The notes under the pieces were generated by a model. The model worked only from the letters and a program-made list of their open reading frames with translations. It was not told the origin of the DNA and ran no database searches. Position numbers and translations under genes: made by a program. From contig BAAFSQ010000171.1 of NCBI GenBank assembly GCA_054661495.1, positions 1 to 21,721 of the forward strand: a stretch of 21,721 bases of DNA, written 5' to 3'. The stretch is from Zygophlyctis sp. KS116. Its lineage: Eukaryota > Fungi > Chytridiomycota. Numbering within the stretch: the first letter of the stretch is position 1; each line of letters opens with the position of its first letter. This document shows positions 19,124-21,721 of the stretch, piece after piece.

Positions 19124-21537
19124 CTATTTCGCGTGTTCAGACAACGCGAACAATTCCTCAAAGTCTTCCATTGGTGCAAATTCAGACGATGCGTCATTGA
19201 AGAATGATCCTTTGTATCCCAAAGTTTTAGCCTTCTTTGCTAAAGATTCGGTCTTACGGCGCTTTGAAGGCTTTTCCTGTTTTTCAATTGTCTCTTGATC
19301 AGAACCTGATAATTCCATCTCATAATCAACCGTCTCTGGATCGGCTTCAGAGTCTTCATCAAACGATTCATTATCAGATTTTTCCAGTGATTCCTCAAAA
19401 TCTTCAGCCTCATCATAAAAATTCAAATCCTCTTCATCAACATCAATCTGATCAGAATTTTCAGATTGATCTTCCAAAGCTTTCCATAGATCATTTTCAT
19501 CCAAAGGTTTAGAGGGTTCTTTGTTTTTCTTGGGATTAATTTGAAAGTATTTCATAAAGAAAACCTGTAAATTAGATTAAAATAAAATGTTACCTCCTCA
19601 GCACGGACATTGCTTTCATCTATTTTGCTCCAATCTAAAGCATTCATAGGTTGTTCCTTCTCTACTTGCATTCGTGGTTGCATCAAACTAGATCCTTTGT
19701 ATTCTGAATCAATTTTTTTAGGATTTTTGTAAACAAATCTCTCAATGAATTTGGAGAGAGTATGATTTTTTAAAGGATCATAATTTGAAGAATTTGATGG
19801 CATGTCTATTTTAGCATTTGATAAGAGTGATCGAGCATAAAGACTTACTGTTGGATGAAAATGGTTCACAAATGGTATCAATTCCCATAAATAACTGCTA
19901 TCTGCATTTGCAAATAATGGGTCTCTTTTTCTGGGATCATATTTCGTCTCGGAAGAATTCATTTTTTGTGTATTTTCTAAAGTATTTGCAGCAGATTCCT
20001 CAACTTCATCTGAGGTTTCCTCTGGAGCATCTAAAAATTGTTCGCATTCATCATCAGCAATGTAATTGATCATTGTTTTCAATCCCGGTCTTGCTTCAAT
20101 AATTTTTCCAATCATAAATAGAGATGCGCAAACGAATGGAACCTGAGAAATAACACATACTTGAATGATTCTTCGGATAAATGATCGAGTTCTCGGCAAG
20201 CTAGGGTCCTGAGTTAATGATTTAAACACCAAATTCAAAAAGAGCGATTGCTTCGAGGAAAATCCTAGACGTTTATCCATTAAAAGATCATATAATACTC
20301 TATAAAATCTATCAGACAATGTCTAGATAATTAGAATTTTTCAATAAATACCTGATGATGAGTCTGAACCTGAAAAATTAGAGTCAAAGATTGCACAGAT
20401 GTATGGAATGTGCCCAAATGGCATATCCTAAATAGAGTTTCTAAATGACTTTCAAATCTATACATGTGAGTATTTTAAAGAACTTACACTTTCTGATCAG
20501 TGTCAGCATAAGGAAAAGCACGATTCACGCCAGTAAGTAATCCTGCCATAATTTTTATACTAATTCCATCTGTTAGTTCTGCATTAGAATTCTTTTGTCG
20601 CACACTTGGAACCAATTTTTCAAAAACCGAGAAATATATATTAATGAGATAAGTCGCACATGCACGATCTTCTGGCTTATTAGAGAGTACAATTTGATTG
20701 ATAAAATCGATTGCATAATACTTTGCCTTTTCCGATGCATTGGATCGGAATATTAATCTTTCAGCCTCTTTAATTACTATTAATTTCATGGCCGGATGTT
20801 CTTGCAATATTAATGATAACAAATATGAAGCCTTTGAAGCAAGTTTCTTTTCTTGATCTCCTAATTTATTGATTAATAATGTAAGCAAATTCTGTTCTTC
20901 CTCTGGCTTTGATTTTAATAATTCATAGACGTATGTTAAGACCTTTGTTTTCACAAACATGAGCGGGTCCATAGATAATTGCTATCTTTTAAGAGCCTAA
21001 ACCTTACCTCCAACAGTTGAATGAACTTGTAGTAAAACTTTTTCAACAAGTCTTCAAAATACCAGAGTATCAAATGTGTGGGAGTGCATTTACTTGCCCC
21101 ATAAGGCCGATCAGCAAAATACTTTAATTTCCTATTAGGTAAAAGATTTTCCAGTAGTAATGATTTAATACTATCAATTGCCATTAATGCTTCCCGTCTA
21201 GACTTCTTCATTGCCATTCCCTGAAAGAGTGAATCATTCAATTGCTTAAAATGGAACAATGGAGATTCTTGGATCATGATCGTCAGTGCTGAAACCTTGT
21301 CCGAGACAGTTCCAGACTTTAAGATAGTAGAAACGAATTCCTTGTCAGCAGAAGATACAACTTTTTCTGATATTAGTTGAAGCATTTTTTACCTTTTTCA
21401 AAGTTTATTACTTCCTGATCATACAATTCCTTTGCCTTGTTATAGTAATGCTTAAGTTTATCCTGACTTTTAGCTGCTGATTGCAGATCCTTGAGCTCTA
21501 TTTGATGCCATACTGTATCCTTTAGCGATGGAATCAT
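19124..21537 (-). CDS. MAK21: Mak21/Noc1 (CEBPZ) 60S biogenesis factor, ~757 aa; 5' end uncertain
   Basis: Introns 21367-21392, 20982-21007, 20458-20487, 20323-20351, 19565-19593. Motifs SGTVSDKVSALT..IQESP, WYFED.LK, KPEEEQNLL.LLINKLGD, LLTGVNRAFPY, SDRFYR.LY, YDPRKRDP, HFHPTV, FIERFVYKNPK, and an acidic C-terminus. Confidence 0.93.
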
Positions 21538-21583
21538 TTCTGAAATTTTTGCGGTCAAATTTGAATGCGTTTGTGATGGCTCA

Positions 21584-21717
21584 ATGGACCATGTGTGGAT
21601 TTGGATGAAGCGTCGAGTTTTCTTGTGATGATCGATGGACCATGTGTGGATTTGGATGAAGCGTCGAGTTTTCTTGTGATGATCGATGGACCATGTGTGG
21701 ATTTGAATGAAGCGTCA
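21584..21717. repeat. 51-bp tandem repeat, ~2.6 copies
   Basis: ATGGACCATGTGTGGATTTGGATGAAGCGTCGAGTTTTCTTGTGATGATCG starts at 21584, 21635 and 21686. Confidence 0.95.
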
Positions 21718-21721
21718 GATT

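Noticed and set aside
5749-20069. Plus-strand ORFs antisense to the large genes (e.g. 12180-12485, 16701-17084, 19237-19512)
   Set aside because: Shadow ORFs of genuine minus-strand coding sequence, without motifs.
5475-21558. Alternative genetic code or pseudogenisation as the explanation for fragmented ORFs
   Set aside because: Every break is resolved by a GT-AG intron of 24-33 nt giving frames divisible by three with conserved motifs joined correctly.
21584-21717. CRISPR-like appearance of the 51-bp repeat
   Set aside because: Units are identical head-to-tail with no unique spacers, there are no cas genes, and the context is eukaryotic.

Overview
Eukaryotic, AT-rich genomic DNA, most plausibly from a zoosporic (chytrid-type) fungus; this is an inference from gene content and intron style. 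The window has two zones. (1) ~1-5470 is a rearranged accessory zone. It holds a Ty1/copia RT remnant, a ~100-bp displaced copy of the neighbouring ABC1-kinase gene, a tandem array of small PPxY + LITAF/BRI3-like Cys-rich membrane-protein genes (2 intact, 3 broken, 1 stub) inside a ~0.9-kb direct duplication, and a secreted plant-type LRR gene with exactly one 72-nt exon per repeat. (2) ~5475-21537 is an extremely compact block of nine genes, eight on the minus strand, with 14-114 bp gaps or an overlap. In order they are ABC1/ADCK kinase, mitochondrial uS15m, an orphan membrane protein, Asterix/PAT10, F-box/WD40, an unknown protein with 16-aa Trp repeats and an HCCC motif, a CCDC191-like protein, a phosphorylase-kinase alpha/beta-like GH15 protein and Mak21/Noc1. 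The fragmented ORF track is explained by 31 hand-reconstructed GT-AG introns of only 24-33 nt. The most notable features are the bacterial-like PhK/GH15 protein with an inserted ILEI/PANDER (GG) domain, the operon-like gene packing, the one-exon-per-LRR gene and a sharply bounded divergence patch in the BRI3-like array. All family calls come from motif recognition by eye; no database search was run.
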